Below, in pieces: positions 1-12,093 of a DNA stretch of 64,000 nt (within the stretch, counting starts at the first letter, position 1; the number at the start of each line of letters is the position of its first letter). The stretch is taken from NCBI GenBank assembly GCA_037447605.1, contig CM074804.1, positions 806,001 through 870,000 on the forward strand. Direction: 5' to 3'. Position numbers and translations under genes: made by a program. The DNA comes from Zygnema circumcarinatum SAG 698-1b. Its lineage: Eukaryota > Plantae > Zygnematophyceae. A model generated the notes under the pieces. That model searched no databases. It had not been told where the DNA came from and saw nothing but the letters and a program-made list of their open reading frames with translations.

Positions 1-409
1 GAGTCAGCGCCGACTGACCAAGAAGTAAGCTGAAAGGCCCTCACAGAGGCGGACGCACGCGCACGCGCGCGTCGCCGGCCACGTGGCGAACCGCCACGGG
101 CTAGCAAGAGGGACGGGCCACGGGCTACAACCATGCCGTTTCGGGCATTGTCAACCGACAATCACAATCCCGCGATTACGAACATCGTACAAAAAAGGGC
201 CACATCCAGGGCTCCACAGCCTGTTGCCGGTTTCGTGCCGGTACGGTGACGTCGACGACGTTTCGATGACGAAGCGATTCAGAAACACGGTAATATCATC
301 TTCCCCTGTTCTTTACGTCCTCCCGACATCCATTTTCTTACACTCGCCAGTCTAACAGAAGAGTTGCTGCTGATCATTCCGAGGATCCTCCTGGTCTGCT
401 GAGGATGGA

Positions 410-770
410 ACATGGAGTGGAGTGAAGGGGAGAATGGTGGAAAAATGAAGGAAGAAAAGGATGAAGAAGAAACATCGAGAGTCGAAAGAGCAGAATGGTG
501 GAGGGGGGAAGGAAAAAAAGGAAGGGAAGTAACATGGAGTGTGATGAAGGGGAGAATGGTGGAGAAAGAAGGAAGAAGAGAAGGAGGAAGGAATTAGATT
601 GTAGTGAAAAGGAAAATGGTGGAAGGAAGAAGGAAGAAACAGAAGGAGACAGGAACATGGAGTGTGGTGAAGGAAAGATGGTGGAAAGGAGATGGAAGAA
701 GAAGAAAGAAGAAAAGGAGAAGTGTACTGAAGGAAGAATGGTGTATGGAAGGAAGAAGAAGGTGTTGATG
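410..770. repeat. Purine-rich degenerate tandem repeat (~60-bp unit, core ATGGAGTGTGGTGAAGGnAGAATGGTGGA)
   Basis: Core recurs near 412, 535, 595, 657 and 721, separated by GAA-rich spacers. The ORFs here are low-complexity by-products. Confidence 0.7.
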
Positions 771-793
771 GAGATGAAAGTTACTAACTAACA

Positions 794-1060
794 AGTCAGT
801 CCGTTAGCTTGTCAGGTTGTCGGGAAGTCTGTCAGTCTGTCCGTTAGTCAGTCGTCTGTCTGTCGGACAGTATGTGTGTCCGTCTGTCAGTCAGTCTGTC
901 GGTCGTCGGGCAGTCTGCGAGTTAGTCGGTTTGTCGGTCGGTTTGTCGGCCAGTTCGCGTGTCCGTCCGTCAGTCAGTCGGCTAGTCCGCCAGTCCTCTG
1001 GACTATAAAGACTTTGTCTGTCGGCTAGTCCGCCATTTTAAAAACCTCTTATGTGGAATT
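794..1060 (+). repeat. Direct repeat, copy 1 (267 bp, rich in GTCA/GTCG/GTCT tetramers)
   Basis: Near-identical to 2109-2375 at a constant offset of 1315 bp. The ORF track gives identical peptides at 817 and 2132. Confidence 0.95.
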
Positions 1061-1072
1061 TTCGACTAAGAT

Positions 1073-1368
1073 AAGGTTCGTATCTATTTTTATTTTCATA
1101 TGTAAAATGACAAATAACCATACTTTGATTTCTGAAGGACCCAGTCCTGGAGATAACGAAATTCCGAAACACCGATAAGGTTCGTATCTATGTTTATTTT
1201 CATATGTAAAAAGACAAATAACCCTAATTTGATTTCTGAAGGACCCAGTCCTGGAGATAACGAAAATCAGAAACACCGAAAAGGTTCGTATCTATGTTTA
1301 TTTTCATATGTAAAATGACAAATAACCGTACTTTGATTTCTGAAGGACCCAGTCCTGGAGATAACGAA
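1073..1368. repeat. Tandem repeat, 104-bp unit x ~3
   Basis: AAGGTTCGTATCTAT starts at 1073, 1177 and 1281. Each unit contains GATTTCTGAAGGACCCAGTCCTGGAGATAACGAA. Confidence 0.95.
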
Positions 1369-2108
1369 GATCGAAAAGAGCGGAAATCGTCAAACTTGGA
1401 AATCCGCATCAAAACAGGTTCGTACTTCAATTTCTCATTCCTCCCACTTTTATAGTTTTCAGAAAGACAGAAGAGTTGTAGAGGTAAACCGGTAGGAAGA
1501 ATGGTAGAAGACAGGAGGAAGAAAAGAAAGAGAGAGAGAGAGCTTTTACCATTTTTTTTTCCTTTTCTTTTTCTTCTTTAATAATGTTTTTGTTTTTTTC
1601 CATTATGTGAGTGTCGGCGTGTGTGTGGCTATGTCTGTATGTTTGTCTGACTGTGCGCATTCTTTTATCTGAAAATAGAAAAAAAAAAAACAAAATAATA
1701 TTACAACAGAAGGCCTAATGTTGTAATAATTACATTGTTTTTTTTTTTTTCTCTGCGAGTGTTTTTGTGTGCGGCAGAATTTGCGTGTGTGATTTTTCTA
1801 CAAATAAGAAAAAAAAAAAAAAAGGAAACAAACTACTACACATAGGGCCCTATGTTGTATAGTTTGTTTTTTTTTTTTTCGACTGTGATGATGTTTGTGC
1901 GTGTCTCAATTTGCGTGTTAGACTAAAAAACAAGGGTTTTTATGATTTCTTAGACATTTTCTATTTTCAAGATTTTTAGGAATTTTAAGATTTTTAAGGT
2001 TTTACATATTTAGGTTATTATTTAGGTTTTTTAGAAATTTTATAGATATTTTAAGCATTTTTAGCGCTTTTACAGTTTTTTTAATCTTTCAGAATTTTTA
2101 CAGTTTTT

Positions 2109-2375
2109 AGTCAGTCCGTTAGCTTGTCAGTTTGTCGGGAAGTCTGTCAGTCTGTCCGTTAGTCAGTCGTCTGTCTGTCGGACAGTATGTGTGTCCGTCT
2201 GTCAGTCAGTCTGTCGGTCGTCGGGCAGTCTGCGAGTTAGTCGGTTTGTCGGTCGGTTTGTCGGCCAGTTCGCGTGTCCGTCCGTCAGTCAGTCGGCTAG
2301 TCCGCCAGTCCTCTGGACTATAAAGACTTTGTCTGTCGGCCAGTCCGCCATTTTAAAAACATCTTACGTGGAATT
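2109..2375 (+). repeat. Direct repeat, copy 2
   Basis: Matches 794-1060 with only a few substitutions. Confidence 0.95.
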
Positions 2376-2579
2376 AACGATAATATAGAAATTGAAAACA
2401 TCGATAAACATCAAAAATTATTGGCAACGTGGCAACACTTGATTGAATAAAATAAGACCCATTTCCTACAAAAAATCAAGAAAACACACAACACCCACGT
2501 CGCAATCTCTGACTGGATAACACGTATACCACATTCGGTTCCACAATCCAAAAAAAAAAAAAAAAAAAAATTTTTTTTT

Positions 2580-2643
2580 AAACCACACACAAACTTGACG
2601 ACAGAATGATGTGTCATTCTGTCGTCAAGTTTGTGTGTGGTTT
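2580..2643. repeat. Perfect 30-bp inverted repeat with 4-nt loop
   Basis: AAACCACACACAAACTTGACGACAGAATGA-tgtg-TCATTCTGTCGTCAAGTTTGTGTGTGGTTT. Confidence 0.95.
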
Positions 2644-3513
2644 TTTTTTGATTTTTTTTCCCATTTTAGGGCTACGTGGCAACACCCGACTGGATAAAAA
2701 ACATACCCCATATCCTACAAACGATCCAAAAAAACACCACAATACCAACGTGGCAATTTCTAACTGGATAAAAGCATAACTGAATAACGTTTCATTTCAA
2801 CGCTGTCCGTTGAAACGAAACGTAATTATGAGTACATAAATACGCGATATACCCCATTTTAACCGCATTCGATCCAACGAAGAGTACACCAATCAGGACG
2901 CGCGACGTGGCAACGTCACACTCGCGGAAATTATACCCCATTTTCATCAAAATCATCTTTGACACCTTAATCGAATAATCGTACGGATGAAAACGATGAC
3001 AAAGCTTTTGCCTACGGCAACGCAAAAATATAATTACATAGTCAAGCCTCTCAGCGGCAAACTCTTAGCCGACCGGCAGAAGCTGCCGGCTGTTGCGATT
3101 CTGGTTTCCAATTTTGAGACTTTGTAGGCGCCAGTTTAGGGTTTTCAGTTTTCAGTTTTTTTACCGCCCTGCACCTCTGCGCGCCCGCCTGCAACACCCC
3201 CTTATCTAGTTCAATATTCACACATTTTTTTTTCTCTAACTTGAGAACAAGGAGCAAACCAGACAGACATAACCGTCTTCTTGATTGAATTTTAGATGTA
3301 TTTTTGTATTGTTTTTCTTCAAGGCATGCAGACAGACGCTAGGTCGTTAGAACAACGCTTGATATCTTTCCATACTTTTAAGGTTTCCCTCGCATTTTGT
3401 AGTTGTGTATTGCTTGCCGAGGTTCTGCCTTCACAGGACTCCTTATTTTGCAGTAGCATGAAAGCTGCTTATTACTGTTCACACATGCAGCGCTGTACAA
3501 TGCCGGCAAAGCT

Positions 3514-6500
3514 TCACCCATCCAAATCTTCATCCTGACTCCACCCTTCCGCCCTTTCTGACGAATTCTCCGCTTCACCAGTCAAACTCCCCTGACGATT
3601 GCGGAGAGCCGATTTTTCCCGATGGACCCGCACTCTATCCAGCTCTCGGCTCAGATTCTCCTGAATCCCAGCATTATGCCCACTGCCTATGAGAAGAAAT
3701 CGTGAGAGAGAGAGAGCGAGAGAGGGAGCGAGAGAGAGAGAAAGCGAGAGCGAGAGCGAGCGAGCGAGAGAGAGAGAGAGAGATAGAGAGGGGGGAGGAG
3801 GGAGCGGCAGTTTCATATGAAGGCACATTGGGGCAACTAACTCAGCATTTTCCATCATCATCCACACGGTGCACCAAAATCCAGGAATAAGTCCTCAACC
3901 CGGCATCCCCTTACATAGAACAAGTATCTCGCACCTGCATCTGCAGCAAGAGCTGCTCCCACCATAAGGACGTCTCCTCCGAAAAAGTAGAAGGCGGCGG
4001 CCAATAGGGGCCCCTTCCGAATGGACACTGGCTGCCCATCAGTTCGTGGCTGAGAGCTGAGCAGAGCTGCTCCGGAGGGCGGGGCCGCCCTCCACTGCTC
4101 CCCCTATGCAGGACGGAGAGAATTAGGACCTGCAGCGTCATCGAAAGGGTATCAGTATCCTACGGAGCTGTAACTACAGATAGACATAAAAAGTTTGTGC
4201 CTTAAAGGAGAACTGCCTTATCCATCAAAAGATCATTCAAGTCAGAGCCATTCAACCCATGGAACCGTGGGTTCGCATGCAACCCATGAGATAAACAATG
4301 ACCAAACGATCTCTGTCCAGGGAGCACTGAATTGTGATGAATAGCTTGACTGACCTGCAGAGACACCATAACAACGAGCAAGAGCCCCAAAAGACATCTC
4401 CAATGTAGGAGGCTCTTTGAGGCTTTGAATCCGCTCTCCAGGACAGGCCAAATCTCTATCCGATTGATAAGGCTGCTGATATTGCACCATCGGCCAAATG
4501 CTGCAACGTAGCCCACTATGCTGTCGGCGAAGGAGGTTCTATGTGCAATCTCTCCCCCGGGACCTGTACATTCTGAGTACAGAGATAGTGTTACTAGTAG
4601 TTTGCAGCACAGAAGGAACGGTAGACATGATGTCCCAGACCTACAAATAGGATGGTGACGATTGTTGCCTCTCCATTGAATGGCATCCAGATAGGGAGCG
4701 TGCTTCTCTGTGACTTACTTTCATTGAGAAGTTGTTCTGCTCCATCGCCTGTACATTCTTGTGAACGATCGAATGCACGACTAGAAGGAGACGATGGCAA
4801 GTTAGCATCTTCTGTATGAGCATGCAACTTCTCCTGAGCCTGCAAAGAGACCACAAAGCAATCCCAATCACTCTCGTTTTGTAAACCTTCATTGCAATTC
4901 ATACACCAATCTCTGAATCAAAATTGAAGTGAGATGAAACCCGTAAGCTGCTAAAGAACTGACTCTTCCATGGAACACATTTATTAAGGCCCTATGCCTG
5001 CCACAACTGTTCCATACGTGGCAGAACACTTCATTCACCTAGTAAGGAAGTTTCATGACAGCAGTCCCGCCTGTCAAGATGACCTTCAGAATTGAACACC
5101 TTTCTGCAGCCATCAATCCGTGACCCCCTCCCCTTTGTAGGGTTTGTAGGGTTGAAGCTTACTCGCAGAACCCACTTCCTGCTCCATTCCCGACTTGCTG
5201 TCATGCTCTTCCTCTCCACCAAAATCTGCCAAAAGAACTTCCGGCTGACTTGGACCTCAGCCGCAATGTGGAGGCGGCAGCTTTGGCCCTCTGAGCCCTC
5301 CGTTGGCTCCACATCCCACCTGGTCTGCACACACAACTCAGCATCACTATTTGCCATTACGCTGACATCCGCCAGCCAATACATGATCACCTCGACAACA
5401 TAAGGGCCCCACAACATAATTTGAAGACACTCACTGCATCCCTCGCAAGCCAAAATCATCCTCAGAGCAGGGTATAGGCATTCAGCAATGGATAGGTTTA
5501 TTCCCGCAATTCAATGTTGTTGATCACAAGACCCAATGGCATGCTTTGGTAAGTAGGCTGTCACTTGTACAGAGTCTAGCCAATAGCTAAAGTGATCAGT
5601 TAAGAGTGATAGGCAATACAAATCATGCAAAAAGATGGAGCGTTGCCTTACGTGAACGGAGAAGCAGTCCGCGTTTGGAATATCAGCCATAGTCTGCTTT
5701 GTTTCCAACATGAGATGGTCGTTTCTGAACACTCGGACCTGCTGCTGTTGCCGGCACCTGACAGCCCCCGGAGCAAGCGGGATGCTCATGGGATGCTTGA
5801 AACTCACATGCCGGATGAGAGACGATGCTCCGCCAGGCTCCCACGGAGTGCAGCAATATTCTGAACAAAGTAAATATAAAGGAAACAAAACATATATAAA
5901 GAGAGAGACAAAATAAATATAAAAGAGATAAAAAAAATATAAGGGAGACAAATAGCAAATATGAAGGCGACATAAGAGTGGGTTCAACAGGCACAATCTT
6001 TAAGGTTCTTAGTGTCACATGGTTCTGCAAGAGGCAGCTCAAGTATTCAACAAGCTCCTGAAAATATGCTTAGCCACACACAAGCAGCTGCTTCCATGAA
6101 ATTGGCTGAAAACTGCTAAAAAGGCATAGCATATTTTATGTCCACCTACCTAAATCTCCTTCATCCGTATGAAGCTTCTCTGAAAAATCCGACGCATTGG
6201 AAAAGAAATGCTCATAGAAGAGTTTTGTAGAAACCTGCTCAATCACACACAACTTGCCACATGAAAAATGAACAGTCCAAGGCACAAACAATATGGTTCA
6301 TCCCCTAAGAGTGGTCAAGCACATAGTCCAAAGACAATTATGACGCATTCTGAATTCACAAACCATTGCCTCTAAGAGTGGACTCACAGGTAATGTGCGC
6401 TCTGCAATAGTCTCCATGCTGTCCGTTATTGGCGGCGCAACCTCATCACAAGGAAACGCCCATGGTTCGTACTCAACATTGTTCACACACGTGTCTTCAG

Positions 6501-9500
6501 ATGTATCTTTGCATGTAACGTCATTTGCCCCTTCAGCAGTATCGTTTGCATTCGCATCCTTTACTTCTCGTGCTACGCTAGTGGAGTTTCTGAAACACCC
6601 AGGTATTCACATTTGAACCTCTTTTAGATTTCTGAAATGATCCAAGAGCACAATGAGCCTCAGCCCCTCAGTGAGTGCGCTAGTCCTAAAAAACTTCATT
6701 GCACAGTCCAGCAAAGTCAGCTGTTGGTATCTTCCTTTCCAGACTCTACTCAGACTCAAACTTTCTTCCAAATAGCCCCTTCGTAATGACGGGCTTGGCA
6801 GCCCTCACGAATGTGTATGCCCCGCTAAGTAATAATGGCACGCTACTATCCTTAAGAAACGCTTGCCACCTTCCACAAATGGCCTATAAGGGGAGGGTTC
6901 ACCGGATAACCACGTAAACAGAAAGAAAGTCCACTTACCTTCCAGATCCTTCCAAGCCACTTTCACGTTCAATACTCGCATCACTATTGGATATCAACTG
7001 GAGCTCCGAAAGCCCCTCACGGCGACGCTTGTCCCATTTCTCTGCCTGCGTAAACAACTGCTTCATTCGGCCTCAAATGCCTCATTCCATTCCTGTTACT
7101 CAAGAAACCTTGTAATCTCACACTCTTGGCAACTTGCATGATACAAAGTTTGGCAGTAGCTTGCCCTTATAGCCCCCGAAGCCTAAGCCTGTCCAGCTCC
7201 AACGTCATGCCATGACATACGATCGAGCATAGGATGTAATAATTTCTTGTCATAAAATCGCTTAAGGCTGCACATTATACATTATGAATAAATATCAGGC
7301 GCAGGTTGGAGGAGTGCCTTCATAGAGAGGTGTGACTTACAATGGCCGAATTTATTGGATCCACATCCGGAACTTGATCTTCTAAGCCGGCCCGTGCATG
7401 AGCACTCTTTTGTGTCCATCCGAAGACTATGAACTTGTACGCCTCCTCACGCATCAAGAAGGATGTAAAGAAGTACTGCAACCATGTCTTTCTATGGACT
7501 AGTTAGAACCTGACATATGCACTTACATCTACCATCTTTTCCAGGAGTCATTTCTCAAGCAATTAGACATTTTCAGGCACATTAATCTATGATTATTTTT
7601 CACGATCAAGACTTCTCTCCAACTGTAGTCGAAGGACGCTCATTACATTAGCACAAAAGCTGAAGGACGGAAACATATTTTGATTGAAGCCCACCTTCAC
7701 GCCAACAGCATGCACCTCGATTGCATTAGGGAACATGTTTGCTGTCTTCGCTCGGTTTACCGCAGTAATGTCAGTCAGTGGAATCACTACCTGTCCAATC
7801 AATCCACACAACCATCATCCATTGCATGTTTGCATGCTTAACACATCGCAGTCGCTTCCAGATATTCTGGCTACTGAACCGATCATTAAAAAATGCAGTT
7901 CCCGGCACAACATTGTAAACAATAGCAACTTCAGTCTAAACAGATGGATACACAGGAGCATCCTCAAAGAGGTATTGACTTCGCAGTTCTTGTGAAACTT
8001 ACTTGCTTCTTATTGCCGAAGATGTTGGCATAGAAGCCTAGGTGATTTTCAAAGACGTAAAGTTTTCCCTGCTCACACAAGGTATCCAAAGCTTCTAATG
8101 AATTGATTAAGCGCCAAATCAACAACATGTCAAATATTTTCCAAAACGGAGAGAAGACCTCTATCCCAATAAAACCTAACCTGAAAGTATTATGCAGAGG
8201 TAGTTCTCAGCAAGCTACTATTTGTGCTAATTGTGCGCTCATAAAATTCGGCATTCAGACCGTCAGTATTGAACAGTATGTGCTCCTTGAGTCTTCTGCC
8301 AGAGCAGTTCGCACATTTACGGTGTAAGAGAGCGACACCTGCAGGAGCAGAGCTTTAGCCAAAAGAGCACAGTTGAAATCCTCCATGAGCACCTGTCACC
8401 AATAATCAGCCCAGATGCCATCATATTCCATCTCAATAAAATCTACCCTTCAACTTTCTGATACTGCAAACAGGCGAAGATGACAACAAAAAATGGAAGT
8501 GCGTACTTTTTGAACAGCAAAACATTCTAGTTTGTGGCAGATGAAGAATTTGGTTCAGTTCCATAGCATTGAGCTGGGGAGTGTGGCCTTTCTCCAGTCA
8601 TGAAACTTACCTCTCCAACAGGAAGATTAAAAAGTTGTCGAACCTCCTCGCTCTTTGCTGCACGTCATTCCAAAGGCCATGGACTGATTACTCTCTGCAC
8701 AACTATTCATGCTCACACTACAAAACTACAGAAGACAACTCTATAAACCTCGGATAAGTTGACAGAGGACACAAACTAATTATGATCTGCCATGTTTTAA
8801 GGGTTTCACTTAAAACCAAATTTAGCTCCTTCGGCAAACAGGAATGGGTGCAGCGTTTCTAGAAATGATGCTGCGAAAAAAAAATAAAAAACCCCAGTGG
8901 ATCACGAAGATGTCATAAACAGCCGTGGAACTACTGCTCTGGTTCAGCAGTGGTTCCACTACTGTTTATTACTCTATTTTGCAAATGAATCAACCAACAA
9001 AGACACTAACTGGTGCCCTACTAAGTTTTTACCTGAGGTAATGCCCTTGAAACTTTTTACTGGTGCTAGAAGTGATTCCATGAAGTTTAAAACATTGGAG
9101 GATTTCTTCTGCTGATTCTGTTCATCTGCCAACGTTCTGTTGCTTAAAAATAACTCCTCCATCTCTGAAGCAGGCTGTTCAATATTTGCCTCATTCCACG
9201 TCCCTCCTTTTTCCCCTTGCTGCTGCTGCAAGTCTGCCGCTCCACTCTGACCAACAACAGTGTTTCCTTCCATGGAGGTGCCGGTTTTGCCATCTACCGA
9301 TGCGCTCAATGTCCATGAACTCTCTTCAGGAGCTCCTTGAACCACGGCAATGCCCTGTGCAGATTCACCCAAATCCTCTGAGTCTCTGGAAACTGGCTGA
9401 ACAGCCACACATGAATCGACGTTCTGTACTGTATTCTGCTGCGAGTACGGAATGCTAACCAGAATATCCTCGGATTCTATTGGTGCACCTTCTGCAGGAC

Positions 9501-10766
9501 CTCCCACTACAGCACTAGAGGAAAGTCTTCCTTCCATCTTATCCACCTCACGGACTGCCATGTTTCCTTCTTCTGGTTTAGGTTCTTCACTCCCACTGCC
9601 TGACGCCTCTGCCGCACATATCTCTTCTGTCAAAATCAGCTCCAGCTCACATGGAGGAGGTGAAAGTGCAGCCATAAGCAAGGATTCAGCATCCTTCGTT
9701 TCGAAAGAAGGGCTCAGTGATGAGAATTCGTGATGATCCCCGTCATCCGGCACCAATCTGTTAACTGCAAGCACTCCAAAATGAAACTCTAGTCATGATG
9801 AACGTTTGAATATCAAGAAAATCCTGGACACATGTTGAGCAGCAACACCAGTATGTAAAGATTAACGTAGATGGAAACGTAGATATTGCTACTTCCAAAA
9901 GATGTGCTAAACCACATCAAATTGTAAGCAAGGTGCAAATCAAGCTAGGAGTAGCCAAGGGCAACCTTTTTTAGTCCCGGTGTTTTTACTGCCAAGCAGA
10001 GAAAGATGCGTTTCAGGCTCTTGAATGACAAACATAGCATACATAAGTCAAAGTTTACGGATGAACACGTTGGCCACATGAATCATACTCTCACAAGTTG
10101 TAGAAAGTTCATTATCTTGGCTTTCACCATTGCTCGGACGTTTCGTGTCATATTTCCCTACGGAGCCTCCTCCTCCTTCAAAAACTATGTTCGTTTTTCA
10201 TCTACACTAGCTTGCAGCTCCACGGCAAACCAAAACGCCATACCGTTCTTCCAGGTCCAAAATCAAGGGTCAAAAAATGGCTTTCGTAATAACTGAGTTG
10301 AACTGGGAATTAATGCATGCATGTACTTTAAAACGAGCTTAATGAATTTACCTTCAGACAATTGTCGAGACAGTACTGTCTATGTCCTGCATAGAGTGCC
10401 GAATCACCTGTTCCTTACTCCTGCAGCTCTAAAAAATGGAGTTGTGGCCAGCGACCAGCTCTAAAGGTAACACCAGTTCCTCCTACGGATTAAATCCATC
10501 CTTAAGAGGTCATGCATAGTCTCCAGAAAATTAAAAATCACCATATGCTGCCAATGCTCTTAAGTATTTGAATGCATAAAGAGTTTTGTGAATAATCCAA
10601 GCTCCTGGGAGGAGTTCCAAACAAGCCTTAAAAAAATCAAGTCGTCGCGCGCTTGCTGCTCACACGACTTCAAACCACAACAATTGCTTCCTGTGTCACT
10701 CTCTTTCCGCTCACCCGAAAGTTCCGAAGCAGAGCTTTGAGCTGCCTCGACACCTTCATCTCCCAT
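3514..10766 (-). CDS. GRAM + VASt (StART-like) domain membrane protein, VAD1/GRAMD1/Lam-like; multi-exon, 5' end uncertain
   Basis: GRAM exons: VLMEDFNCALLAKALLLQ (~8340-8392), GKLYVFENHLGFYANIFGNKKQ (~8003-8068), VVIPLTDITAVNRAKTANMFPNAIEV (~7695-7790), YFFTSFLMREEAYKFI (~7430-7476). VASt exons: RHVSFKHP...LETKQTMADIPNADCFSVHVR (~5650-5865), WDVEP...CRLHIAAEV (~5170-5320). Then a TM segment (LLGLLLVVMVSLQ|VLILSVL) and a coiled-coil tail ending at 3514. Large acidic disordered exon at ~9030-9770. Confidence 0.8.
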
Positions 10767-12093
10767 CCTGTCCCGCCTCTCCTCGTCCTCCTCCTCCTCC
10801 TCCGCCTCCTCCTCCCTCTCCCTGCCTTCCTCCGCCCCCTCTCTCCCCTCTCTCGCAGGCCCCTCCCTCCCTTGCAGGAGGCGGCCTGAGGCCAACACAA
10901 AAAGCACCCTGAGGCCGTCTTTACAAGAAACCTCCTGTTGGTCCAAAAAGTTCGGATTTTGTATATCGTACGGACATGTACGACATAACCGTCCGTACGC
11001 GTCCTGCAAAGGCCATAGGCTTCGCAGGTTCGCTTTTCAACGGCTCTCGACAAATCCGAGACGGCCACGTAGCCGAACAGAAGCCACTTCTATGGCCAGA
11101 CCGCGTTAAGCGGGACACATCGCCATAGAAACAGCAGGATCCGCACCGTGCCACGCTGGACTCGTTGCCACTCTGCCACGTGGCGCCACCGGAATTGCCG
11201 GGACAGGACATGGCCTTGTAGGGCTGACGTGGACAGCGCCAGTCTTGGCCTAGAGCCTAGGGCCTAGGGCGGAGATGGGGATGTACAGTATGGGGGGGGG
11301 GGGGGGAAGGGGGCACGACCGCATGAGGGACTGCGCTTTCCGTACGGATACCGTACCATATGAGGCAGCCGCCGGTGGCAAATCGGACAGGAGTCACAGG
11401 ACAAGGACTTTTTTGGCTTGCGCGTCATGTGTGCTTGCTGCTAACAGGTCGAGCACTTGAACAATAATTTTTTTTGGCTGTGCAAAGATAGAAGAGACTT
11501 TCAAAACCAGATTCTCGATCACATACTGTATACAAATCAGTTTAATCGACGAGTTTGAGAATGAGAAATTACGTCCTAAAGTTCTTGTTTAATATGAATC
11601 CTATCCGAAATCAATTGAACATCGAACAATTAACTACCGGTCGTGTTCAATTTGAGTTTTCTATGCATCCACAGTTCAACAATTAGCTTTTGGCAAAATC
11701 GCAAAGCCGTGGACCCAGAGGTCCACATGCGTTCAAACTTTGTCCCCCGTGAGGCCGCCTCGTGACACCTACTGTACCCTACGACGATGGTTGCACGAAA
11801 AGTCGTACAGTGAAATTGGGCCGGAGTTAAACCAGATCCCTCAAATTGCCGAATTCTCTCACCTCTGCCCCCTTCCACTCTACCCCCCCTCACTGTCTCT
11901 CTCTCCCACCTCCCTCTTTCTCCCTCTCCCTCACTCTGGCTGCTTACATGGAAGCAACCCCAGCTTCGACTACTTATACACATAACTTCACTGTTCTCTC
12001 TTGACTACCTCCATACAAGCACCACTTTAGAACTCCTTCAAAAAGCACTACCTCTATTGTTCTAGCAAGAGCAAAAGGTAGAGATCATCTATA

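Noticed and set aside
1073-1368. Possible CRISPR-like array
   Set aside because: The whole 104-bp units are near-identical with no unique spacers, there are no cas genes, and the context is eukaryotic.
794-2375. LTR pair of a TRIM/LARD
   Set aside because: No TG...CA ends, PBS or clear TSD. Kept only as an unclassified direct repeat.
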